A stretch of 64,000 nucleotides of DNA, from positions 8,185,875 to 8,249,874 of the forward strand of contig OZ316891.1 of NCBI GenBank assembly GCA_973895155.1, read 5' to 3'. The stretch is from Marsupella aquatica (taxonomy: Eukaryota; Plantae; Marchantiophyta). The translations under genes were made by a program, and so were the position numbers. The stretch's first letter is position 1. Every line of letters begins with the position of its first letter. This document shows, in pieces, positions 25,154 through 38,270 of this stretch. The notes beneath the pieces are model-generated. The model did no database searches. It saw only the letters and a program-made list of their open reading frames with translations, and was not told the origin of the DNA.

Positions 25154-26262
25154 GAATGTGTCTGACATTTGATAGAGTACAGTACTTGCCACCGGGTAGT
25201 TGAATCTTTACGGATCCAATCCCTAAAACTTTGCAAGAATAATTATTTCCCATCAAAATAGATCCGTTGATAGGAGTGTAGGATGAGAAAAGTTCACGCA
25301 TATAACACATGTGATAGGAGCAAGTGGAATCCAAAATCCATTGACAATCCTCAACTTGGGAAGTGGTACACAATGCAAATCCTTCACTATCCTCTTCTCG
25401 AACAACTACTTGGGCTGAAGAACCGACAACTTCCTTGAATGTGTCTTTGAAGCGACAATCCTTCTTCATGTGGCCCACTTTGTTACACTTCCAACACTTT
25501 ATCTCACGAGTAGACTTGGATGGTGATTTGGATCGAGATCTAGATATAGATCTAAACCCCTCCTCCTACCAAATGATCGCTCCTGGAACCTTCCTCGCTC
25601 CATGGAAGGTGGGTTAAACCTTTCATTTTCATGAAATGACTCCCTTGTCTTGCCTCTTTCTACCAACAGTGTTGTTGATGATGAGGTTGAGATAGGATGA
25701 GCTGAAGAAACCAACTTAGATTGCATGTCATCGGTCAACAGGGCACTCACCACATCATTGTAGGATATAGTTATCTTATCACGGAATAGAAGATTTTGAG
25801 ACAAAGATTGGTACAAAGGTGGTAGAGAGCTCAAGAGTTGTAAGGCTTTCTTTTCTTTGCTCAAATGCTCTCCCAAATTCTCTAGGTCAACCACAAGATC
25901 ATTAAACTAATCGATATGATCTTGAATCTTGACTCCATCAGCCATTTTGAATTGCATGAGCTTCAGGCTTGCATACATTCGGTTTGACATCTCCTTCTTG
26001 TAGTACTTGTTGCATAATGCTTGAAACAAGTCCGTCACCGTTTGTGTTGATTTTTCCTTGAACATGCCAACAATGCTTACCGCTTGATCCTGGAGATCAT
26101 GCCAATCATCATCTTCCATCTCCTCGGGTTGAGATCTTAGTACCTTGCCTAGGCCCATCGCCCTAAGTGCATCCCTCACATTACGTTCCCACATTGTAAA
26201 GTCCATTCGACCATCAAATATTTCCACTTAAACCTTTGACCTCCAATCCTAGTAGTCGTCAT
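25154..26262 (-). pseudogene. Copia-1 gag and protease remnant
   Basis: EIFDGRMDFTMW, KALQLLSSLP, zinc knuckle (GHMKKDC) and protease QWILDSTCSYHM; stops and frameshifts present. Confidence 0.9.
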
Positions 26263-27775
26263 CGCTGGAATGTCAAATGTTGTGTTGAGTTGCCTTCCGC
26301 AAGAATTAAACGTCAAATGCTCAGATGTGGGGTGTGAAAATAAGGCCAAAAATAAAAGTTGGTGAATTTTGAAACTGATCACTCCTCTGTGTAGCCCACA
26401 AGGTAATGCTCCAAATTTTGAAAACGCTTTGTCAAATGGACTCTCGAGTGCCAATAAATTTTACTTCGACCGGAGGGGGGTAAAAGATGAAATAATTACC
26501 CCTCGAGGGAATCTATTATACCAAAGATTCCACTAGTATACTTTTTCAAAATCAAACGCACCAATACTTGTCTAGCCCAAGTGGCCATACACAGGCTCAG
26601 ACCTTGGCACTCCGCGGGAGCCTGTTTTTGCCCACCCCAAAGAAACCCTACTCTTCTTTTATCTGTTTTTGTTCTTTTCTCACTAATCAACTCCTCTGCC
26701 CACTAATCAGCTTCTTTGCCCTTTTGCCATTGGTACCAATTTTTCTTCGTCTTCTTCTTTGCCTTGAAAGATCTTTTGAATTCCATTCACAAAGACAACA
26801 TACAACAAGGCAACCCAAAGGGCAACACCAGGGGAGACCAAAATTTGCAAGGCTTTTCCCTTTTTCACTGGGGTGTGGCAAATGTCACCTGGTTCAAGGC
26901 AGCACAAGATGCTACAATAACATTATTAATATATTCCTCTCCAAAAGTTGCAGTTGATCCGATTTTGGTTGCCGCTCGGAATCTTTGACCTTCGGTAAAA
27001 ATTTAAGCCTCTGGAAAAGAATCTTTTTGGGAAATTCCATCCGCCCTTGTACAGCCCCTGTGGGGGACTTCACAGGGGGCACTTCCCCTTGCCCGAGCCC
27101 TGTTGAGCCCTAAAAGGCCTCCTCAAACTTTTTGACCTCCTCGCGCGCCCACGCAAGTCGCAACTACTCGTAGTAGAAAGTACCCCTCGGCGGATTCACT
27201 CAAATTCCTGTCTCAGTTTTTGACGAAATCCAATTATGATTTCAGATTCATAAACTAGACTGTGAGGGCATCAAGATCAATATAAAGAACTAGCAAAAAG
27301 TGGAGTAATGAGGGAGAAACAATTCGGTGAAAGTGACTGATATTAAATTATCCGCCATATCCAAAATTTTGAGCTCAAAAAACAAGAATTGAAATTAAGA
27401 TTGCTTCTCAACCGTTTGACAGACTTCAACGATGTTGATATCAAAACGTCTAGAAAGACAAGGCGCTCAAGCGTATCTTAGTTTCAAGTCTCGATAGAAC
27501 AATCAAAAAGACTGATCTGTGAAATTGACCTTATCTCTTGCCCGATAACATAAATTGAAAACCGTCACTTACAATTGTTTTCACTTCTGACCTCAGGCCT
27601 TCATTCTTCACTGAAATGAGCCCCTGGTTGTGTGCTCCACACTTGTGAGAAGATTGAGTCCGATGTTCTTCCAATAGCTCCGCTTCGAAGAGGAAATCAT
27701 CCGTTGTTCGCTTCGCTTGAAGCAAGTTCTATGGAGTTCCTAATCGACTGAAAAAATCTCAGCTCTGATACCAAT

Positions 27776-28099
27776 TGTGGGGAGAAATCAGATCAGGAAA
27801 AACACTCCAAACATACACATGCTCAATAGTTACGTGGTTTGCCTCAAGGTTGGCTACGTCCACAGGAATACAAAGCTTTATAAACGGTTATGTGTGTACT
27901 CAAGCATCACCATAGCTCTCATCTCTTCAAGCTCTCATCTCTTGCTATATCCCTGTGTTCTCTCTTGAGAACTCTCTTGTGTGTTCTCACACCACATACA
28001 AGTTGAAGAGATAAGGACCAATCTCTTCAACTAGGGTTAGAGCAAACCATAGTTAATATACTGACCATAGTTTAACCCAAGACTGAGTTCACCTCTACA
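27776..28099 (-). repeat. 5' LTR of copia-1
   Basis: Matches 6497-6817; adjacent to the PBS; followed by TSD CTGGA. Confidence 0.93.
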
Positions 28100-28422
28100 C
28101 TGGAGAGGCCCCATCAAGTCTTTGAGTAAACTTGCATGTGGGTGGGTGTATGTCTTTTTGGCACTCCCTAAGAATATTTTTTGCAAGAATACTCCTCGTC
28201 GGATAGGGCTTATTTCATACAAAGTGCAGAACCAAGGGCAAGGATAGGAAGCTTTCAAGCCCTGAGGTATGATCACTTGAATTTGAGATAAAACAACATT
28301 TTTGTCATGCATAATCTGTATTGGGCAACCACAAAGAACCAATCCAAGGGCAAGGGCAAGGGCAATCATCACAAGTAGCAAAGACAAAATCTACTGTTTC
28401 TCAAAATGGGCACAAGTACTTA

Positions 28423-29485
28423 GGGCTACTGTCTTCCCCCGAACACAACGTTGTGTTCAAATATGGTCAAAACAGGGACTTTAGTCAAAAAATATGTTTT
28501 CACTCAAACACAACGCCATATGAACACAACGCTCGGGTGCTGTGTTTGAAATTGACTTTGTGTTCAAAAATGTGCACAAGTGACTATAGGAGAAAGGTAA
28601 CCGGGTTGCAACTACAATATGTTACTTAAAATTTTCTCACACATCCGCTCTTTCTGAAACTTACGAAATCCATAGTCCTTTGAGAAATGTAAACTAATTT
28701 CAAAATCCTTCATTCTCGGAGAAGTGTGTGCTGTTTCCAAAATGTTAAGCAACAATCCAGAAGTATAGATATTTTTCTGCTGTGTAAACTTTCAACGGAC
28801 TTTCACATCAACCTCTGACTGATGCCACGGCGTCTCGTCAAAGAAACCCATAGTGCCTATGTGCATAATTAGGTCTGACGACTCACTTTCTCTATTTCCC
28901 ATTTTCCATTGCCCTCAAGATTGAGGCACTCCAATAGAAACAAAGCAGTCTCACGAACATTCAAGACTACATGAAGAACGATTAAATAATATAAACGAGC
29001 TAATTGACCACAATTAACCAAACAACTTTGAAAAGTGGAAGAATGTGTTTTACTAAGAGATATTAATACACTTGGACGTATGGTTTGTCAGGTTTTGTTT
29101 TCTATTGCAAATTTGATTTCTCCCCTTGTGTGATTTCAGTGGTTCAATTATTTAGTTACACATCCGATCCCTTGACCTGAGCAAATATTGTTGGGAAGTC
29201 AAAAAACCTAAACTTGAACACAGTCCTCTCTAATACACATAACTTCTATGCCTATCATTCCTATTTACACCCTCCATGCATCTCACAATGCCAAAATTCA
29301 AGCACATTACCTTAAATTTGAACACAGTGTCACATTTTGAACATAGCGTCACAAATCCAAAAAATGAAAACATTGACTTCAAACTCAAACACAGTGCCCT
29401 GGACTCTATATTTGAATAGAGTACCCCTTGGCTCACTATTCGAATGTAGCAGTCGGGCCTTGTGTTTGAGGGAAGACAGTAGAGC
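28423..29485. mobile_element. Degenerate TIR element or MITE, about 1.06 kb
   Basis: CTACTGTCTTCCC..AACACAA at about 28426 is inverted at about 29460-29482, with further inverted subterminal similarity. No clean TSD. Confidence 0.4.
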
Positions 29486-30157
29486 TGCATTCTTCATGAC
29501 TCATAGAGTCATATAAGTTGGCCCTTGGGCTCACCAAACCACTCCAACATTTTTGTCCCCATACGAATGATCGATCGTGAATTGTCCACATGAAGGCCCA
29601 CTGGTAACTCCGTAGCAGCACCCTGTCTGCCACGACGGTGGGAACGCACCGTAGTCAAACTACAGTACATGCCGCAGTCCACCACAGGCCAACATAAATA
29701 AACACGACTACAGCGGGACACAAAAGGGCGATGACGCGCACTTTTTGTGCAAGAGTCCGATTCACCTTCCATCAACGGCCAGATCTTCTTGTCCCGAGCG
29801 AGTGGTGGGTCCGACTTGGTGGCCTACACCCATACCTGACCACTGATGTAGTAAAGCACTGCCGTGACGAAAGAGAATATATACGGTTACTCCCTTGTTG
29901 CTGTTTTTTAAAATTTTGTACGTACGAATATCTATAAAAGCTCACAAACATGGGAATTGTGGTGTACAGTAAGACCTCGATAATTGTAGCCTTTATAAGC
30001 GAAAATACTCTGTGCGTGCAGGAATGTAATTTAACAATAATGTTCACATATAAATCGTGGTGGCCCTCAACCACCTGATTAACGTAATAAGTCCGACCAA
30101 TGACAGAAAAATAAAGGCATTTGAAACCAAGTTTTGGCTAATGCTAGCCCAGTGATG

Positions 30158-30303
30158 GCTATTTAGGCGTTTTTCTTGTGTGAGAATAAGGCTATTGCTA
30201 AAAGGTATTTGCCTCACAACAGAAAAACAAGGCTATTAAGGCGTTTTTCTTGTGTGAAAAATAAGGCTATTGCTAAAAAATATTTGCCTCAACAGAAAAA
30301 CAA
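30158..30303. repeat. About 73-bp tandem duplication upstream of SAHH
   Basis: GGCTATT.AGGCGTTTTTCTTGTGTGA.AATAAGGCTATTGCTAAAA...CAACAGAAAAACAA occurs twice. Confidence 0.75.
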
Positions 30304-30880
30304 CAACCTTCTTTGCTGGCACGGTGGTCACCCTCAAGCAAGGTTAATCAATTCCACTCATTCATCAATCACGGTATTCCATAAGTGCCAACAGCCAGCT
30401 ATAGCCGAGCCCCTTGCACTTACCTAGGTTTCGCTCTTTGGTATTCTTGGTCGCAGTCCGTCGGATACAAAATCTGACGGTTGATGTACAACAAAAACCT
30501 ACGTCGAGAGAGAACAAAGAAACTGGCTTCACGTGTCAATTACTACCTGTAGAGTATAATTGGTGGCCCAGCGCCGATACGGTATTTCGACAGCGTACTG
30601 ATTTTCCCTTTTGCGCCAATCAGGTGGCATCTCCACTACAGTTGAGGCGCCGTACATCCCAACACCGTTTCTTTGTTTTTCCGGTCCGCAACTCCACGAG
30701 GGTTTTTATACTCCACCCTTCGAAGCTCGAGCACTGTGTGTGACGATCGATCTCTCTGTGCTTCCGTTCTTTCCTGCATCTCTTGTGTCGTCGACTTCGG
30801 GAGCTCCTCGAACGATCTTGGAATCTGAGCTCGAGCTGAGGAGAGGAGAGGAGAGGGGTGAGAGATCGATTGAGGCGAAA

Positions 30881-32872
<1,992 letters not shown>

Positions 32873-34244
32873 GCGGCTTCTTTTTGGAATCTAGCTTATA
32901 GGGTTTCTGTCTGCAACATAGAAGCCGTAGTGGTAATTCTAGGCATGCCACATCTTGTAATTTGATCCATTTCAGGTCACAGTGATGTGGCCTAATTTTA
33001 GAACTTGGTCAAGGTCCACTATGAACCGAGATGATGTTATTTGATCAGAACACACATCAATTGTGATGACGGTGAGGGAGAGATTGATTTTCAATGACTG
33101 AGGGAGAGATTGATTTTCAGACAACCCGTCTTGTAGAGAGAAAAAGTCTGTGAGATGGGTTCGCGGTGAGAGGGTGAGATTGAAAACGGGTTAACAATGG
33201 ACTTACAAGGAAAGCATCTCTTATACCCACTAATTATACGAATCAATTCAGTCCAGAAACTCGGGATTACAGAAGGAGTGTAAATCAATTGTTTTCCATG
33301 AGAATGAATGGTGAAGATTATTTTGGATTCGACCTACTTTCCAGATGAAGATTTTTGGATCTTACAACAAATTTCCAATTAGAGAGATTCAACAGCCACT
33401 TTAATTTGAATGAGTAGAAGCTCCGTTAGGCCATGACAACAACGAAGGATACGGTACTGAATATAGAATTAATTCAAGTTTGACTTAGAATCCAATGAAA
33501 TGGACTTTACTCCATGTCTATTCCAAGTTTCCGTTCAGCGAGATTATCGGCCACGATAACAATCAAGGATTTCGTATGGGCGTACAGAGTCAATTCATGT
33601 CTTACTGACGTACATTGCAACGAAAGGGAAACAATCTATCAAGTAGATTTGTAGGGAAAACTGCTCCTGACCACCACTTTCTCCTGGCATGATTCTCCAC
33701 CGAAACTATCCTTCTTCCACCGAAAGACGGGTTCCTGTCATCTCACCGGGAAAAATCCTTACTCGTTATTCTAGCAGAATGATTGAACAGCTTGTCAATC
33801 CACCGAATCATGGACCAGTCTGTCAATTTATCGAATGATTGAACAGTCTGTCAGTCCATCGAGCAAAAGTCTTGGGAACTGCAGAAAAGTTCCAGCAGAA
33901 ATGTTAAATCACATGGCGTTGAATTAACGAAAAAACAATTCAACATCAGAACCAATTTCAATGGATGCCCTGATAATATGCCGTCAGTCAAGACAGTATG
34001 CCCCACTGTGAAATGTTGCAAAGCGTGATTATCCTCCACTACAGAAGCTACTTGCATTTACACTTTACTTATAATTTATATTTACGAAAGTAGTTTCCTT
34101 TGTCTCGGCTAGTTTCCACACCAATATCCAGCCCCACATCGTCAATTTTATAATGACATCCTATCATCTGTCTTGTAAATATGGAAAATGACATCTTTTA
34201 TTTTTATGTTATTATTAGTTGACCTCTTCCCCCCAAGGCATGAA

Positions 34245-34317
34245 GCACCCGTGGCCTAATGGATAAGGCATCTGACTTCTAATCAGGGGATTGTGGGTTC
34301 GAGTCCCACCGGGTGTG
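34245..34317 (+). tRNA. tRNA-Arg(UCU), nuclear, intronless
   Basis: 73-nt cloverleaf GCACCCG...CGGGTGTG; A-box TGGCCTAATGG; anticodon loop CT-TCT-AA; B-box GTTCGAGTCC; TTTT terminator follows. Confidence 0.93.
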
Positions 34318-35312
34318 CTTTTACATCCCTGAACTGTTCCTTGGTCGTTTACTCCCGAGACACCATACTTTCTATTCTCGCTCCTTTTGTTTTGTAGTAC
34401 TCGCTCCCTCCTTTGCGGTCTTCAGCATTATATAACTAAGTGGAAAGTCTATGAATATCATCATCGTAGGGGTGCGTTTCAAAGCACAAATTCTTCTATT
34501 CGAACAGTGGGTGAAGTTACTGTAGCTTATTCGAGTATAGTTGGTTTAATAGGGCACTATGGGGCAGTTGAGCTTATTTGCCTGGCTCCTCAAAGTTGGC
34601 AAGGGAATGATGAGCTGGTCCTCAACGTCTGAAGCATAAATAAAGAGTGAATTTACATTGTTTGCAGGCTAGAGAAACCCTGTACAGATTGTTCATAGGT
34701 CGAAGAACCTCCACCTAATTGGTGACATACAATTCCAACCAGATGATGAGGGTCCAAATTGTTTCTCAATGTCAAAAAGTAAACATGTCTCCTGAGTCTA
34801 CGGTGTTTGGAATTCTCCATCCTCCTTGCTCTTGCAGACTCCCATGTCCTGAGGTCCTGGTTAAATATCTTTGACCAGATGCTTGTGAACGAGGCAGAAT
34901 TCGCAATGTGCAGGTAGTACAATAGCAAGCCCAATATAAATAGATGTTTGGATCATTTCACGATGATGGGCTTTGTATCAGTGCAGCTTGTTTAAATGAC
35001 AAATGTAGAGCAATGCCAGGCAGGAGGGGATGGGAACTGTTGTTTGACCTGAAGATAACTCTAGCAAGATAAGTGCACCTTTCATCGTTTGTAAGGAGTT
35101 CCAGATGCAAAGAAAGCGAGAGTACACTGGAGCGAAGGTCGACACATAATGTAGAAGACTAGGGACGGTTGAGGAATTGGGTCTCCTCTAACTGATTTAC
35201 TGTTGATCTACTAAAATATATGTTCCAATACCTGCTCTGTTAGGAGGTTGAAATCCACTGGAAATCCCAGAGCACTGTTTATGGTCGATCAAGTTTTGGA
35301 GCTACAGAAAGT

Positions 35313-35615
35313 TTAGTTGCCCCTTTCTGAGGCTCAGCTTCTCCCTTGGGACTGGCTCCACGGTTTTTTAGCACATAGACCTTCAGTCCTCTAGGGTGTG
35401 GCCCTTTTGGTGGGCTCCCCTTTTCTTTGTATGTTGACTATTTGAATGAAATTCACTTGTTTTTTTTGAGGCAAAAGGTGGGCTCCCCTTTTCTTTGTAT
35501 GTTGACTATTTGAATGGAATTCACTTGGTTTTTTTGAGGCAAAAGGTGGGCTCCCCTTTTCTTTGTATGTGACTATTTGAATGGAATTCACTTAGTTTTT
35601 TTGAGGCAAAAAAAG
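35313..35615 (+). mobile_element. Short retroposed-type insertion with three ~63-bp tandem units and an A-rich end
   Basis: Flanked by the 20-bp direct repeat GTTTTGGAGCTACAGAAAGT (35293-35312 and 35616-35635). Paralogous sites near 41372 and 47179 are empty. Confidence 0.75.
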
Positions 35616-36967
35616 GTTTTGGAGCTACAGAAAGTACCCCAACGACCATCAACGGCTCGACTCTATCTTTTCTTTTCCAGAGCATGTCTCCAAGTATTCT
35701 GTTTGTTATTGATTTTCTCACCACCTCCTGACGTGTCTGGTCTAGCAAAAAGGATAGCTTTGTACATTATGTACTCAAATTGTGACAGAATTTCTGAGGT
35801 CCACACATCCCTATTTTCAACTTCGTTCCGTGACATGTAAAACATTCCTCCTACTCAGTACCCTGAATTTATCGAGTCGTCACATGTCTCCATATGTCAA
35901 GGCCAATTCATACGTTTGAGGTGGTTTCTTGGATCATGCCGTCAACTCCAACATCTTTTCTCTTTCTAAAGGTCAGGTAGACCACTAAGTTTTCACGAGT
36001 CCATCTTCGTGTGCTTTGCAGTAATCGGTCAGAATAAGATTGATTCAAAGTAGGATGGATTGACGCCCTTCACTCCCTGTAAAATATCCTTAAAACCAAG
36101 CGTACATATTGCCGAAACAATCTTATTTTCGCCTTCAGTAAAGATTACTGTCAAGCTATGCATATTGCTTTTGTTTCTCCTTGCATATATTTAAGGACAT
36201 TGACTTATGGACAAGTTTTCTGTACATCAAATTGCCAAACTCATATACTTTCCTCCGGCCTCTCACCGTGTCTAACGTGACTGATTTGCATCAGATACAT
36301 GTTTCAACTTCAGAACCATCCTGATTAAGAAGTACATTCTTCCTTCGAAAATGTCTTACAGAAGGCATAAATTAGTGCCTGAATTACATCAGGCCGTCTT
36401 GCAAGAGTTGACTAAGTACAAGAGTTCGTCTCCTGTAACTATTACAGCAGTAATGGAAACCGTTCCAGTAATGTAGTTTCTTTCTAAAAACAAAGATACT
36501 CGAACCCACGTCAAGGAGCTGCAGGTTATAACACCCCGTGTATACAAGTCCCCATCAGTTTAAACCCGTATCCTGGAAATAGAAAACTCTCGAGATAACA
36601 AGTTATGCCGTACGATAAACCACATCCAACAATTTCCTCCCGAAGGCCATGTATGATTGGTAAATTGCAGGCACCGTCCCCAAGGATGCATTGACAAGCT
36701 TAAGTCAGAGCTTTCGCGATTACAGTTCCTTCCAGACAACCTTCAACTCCTAGGTCACTCCGTGTTCCTTCCCAGTTCAATTTGCGCTCCAACCCTAAGG
36801 TCAAAATCCCCTGATCTCCACTATAGGCATCATCGGTTCGAAAGTTTTTCCCATCTCACTCCCCCTCACCTCAGGCTTACTTGATGTGGAGGATAATTTG
36901 GGTCAGCCTTCTGTCTTCTCTGAAAATTCTCGGTGACGACAGAAAGATCACTGCCTAATCCATCAAT

Positions 36968-37951
36968 CTAGCCCTCACTATATTCGTTGACATGCCCATG
37001 ATATCTGTCACCCCTCACGGCATGGACATCCAAGATAGCGTTGATGTCCTTCGCCTCCTCATCTGTAAGTGTGATATCGTTGGTATTTTCGTTCACTCTA
37101 GCCTCAGTAGTAGCCCCAGGAATTGGAATAATGACGGGCATCCCCGGCTTCTCGCTGAGATACTTCACCCACGCAAGGGCCAGCTGCGGCAACGTGCACC
37201 CCTTCTTCTTTGCGATCGCCTCCACCATCTCAACCAACTTCATATTCTTCTCCAGAACATCAGGTTGATACTTGGGATAGTGACGCTCTTCTGGGGAAAG
37301 ATCCTCGTACTTTTTAACCTGCCCCGTCAGCGCACCACGACCGAGTGGTGAGTACGCCACAAACGGAATCCCGAGTTCAGCACAAGTGCTGAGAACACCA
37401 TTCTCGATGTTGTCGATGGCCCAGAGCGACAGCTCTCCTTCCACAGCAGCAATCGGAGCCACGGCAGCTGCTCTCCGAATTGTCTTGGCACTCACTTCGC
37501 TCAGGCCGATAGCGCCAATCTTCCCCTCATCAACCAGCTTCTTCAAAGCGCCCACTGTCACCTCAACTGGAGTCTTCGGATCCACGCGCGCACACTCGAA
37601 AATGTCTATCGCCTTCGTTCCGTCCAAGACCCTCAAACACTCTTCCACGCTCGCCCGGACATTCTCCTCACTCCCATTCGGCTTCAACCCGGCGCCCATA
37701 CCACCCTTGATGCTCAACACCACCTTTTCGGCCGCTTCGGGATGCTCCTTGAAGTAAGCATTCAGCACATGGCAGGAATTCCGATCCGGAGGCCCGTAGA
37801 ACTCTCCCCCATTCCAGCAATTGGCGCCTCTCTTCAACGAGGCCGTCATGGCCGCGAAGGCCTGCTCTAGCGATGGGGGCTTCTCCCGCGCTGTCAGCCC
37901 CATCAGGCCGTAGCCTGTGTGGCCTACTGGTTTCTCGACGAGAGACGGCAT
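36968..37951 (-). CDS. Aldo-keto reductase, fungal pyridoxal-reductase-like, copy 1 (327 aa, intronless)
   Basis: Motifs GYGLMGLT, WNGGEFYG, VVLSIKGG, IDIFECARVD, GKIGAIGLSE, AYSPLGRG, QLALAWV and IIPIPGATT..RV.EN; ATG at 37951. Confidence 0.9.
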   Translation of the reverse strand: MPSLVEKPVGHTGYGLMGLTAREKPPSLEQAFAAMTASLKRGANCWNGGEFYGPPDRNSCHVLNAYFKEHPEAAEKVVLSIKGGMGAGLKPNGSEENVRASVEECLRVLDGTKAIDIFECARVDPKTPVEVTVGALKKLVDEGKIGAIGLSEVSAKTIRRAAAVAPIAAVEGELSLWAIDNIENGVLSTCAELGIPFVAYSPLGRGALTGQVKKYEDLSPEERHYPKYQPDVLEKNMKLVEMVEAIAKKKGCTLPQLALAWVKYLSEKPGMPVIIPIPGATTEARVNENTNDITLTDEEAKDINAILDVHAVRGDRYHGHVNEYSEG

Positions 37952-37974
37952 TTTCAATTCGGTGCTGCTCGTGA

Positions 37975-38270
37975 ATGTTCAACCGATCATCGACGATTTG
38001 TGAACTCTATTTCCTCTAGTGGGAGCTCGACCTTCCCTTGACGGCATGCACTTTACACAACAGCGATCGTTCCTCAGTGGAGTGGAAAGCAAAGTGCCAA
38101 TTGGTTACACAAAACCAATCAACCGATCATTGACGACTTGTGAACTCTATTTCCTCTAATGGGAGCTCGACCTTCCTTTGACTACATGCGCTTTAGACAA
38201 CAGCGATCAATTTCCTCAGTGGAGTGGAAAGCAAAGTGCGAATTGGTTCCCCAAACCAATCAATCTCCTC
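37975..38270. repeat. About 140-bp tandem duplication in the upstream region of AKR copy 1
   Basis: AACCGATCAT.GACGA.TTGTGAACTCTATTTCCTCTA.TGGGAGCTCGACC recurs at 37981 and 38121. Confidence 0.75.

Larger units (their letters stand above)
6497..28099 (-). mobile_element. Ty1/copia LTR retrotransposon (copia-1), interrupted by a 15.25-kb nested insertion
   Basis: Near-identical LTRs at 6497-6817 and 27776-28099; TSD CTGGA on both sides; tRNA-iMet PBS (TGGTATCAGAGC, minus strand, 27762-27773); PPT next to 6817; domain order gag-PR-INT-RT-RH on the minus strand. Confidence 0.95.

Noticed and set aside
30611-30880. 90-aa N-terminal extension of SAHH in the ORF track
   Set aside because: It starts at TTG. 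The ATG at 30881 gives the canonical 485-aa protein.
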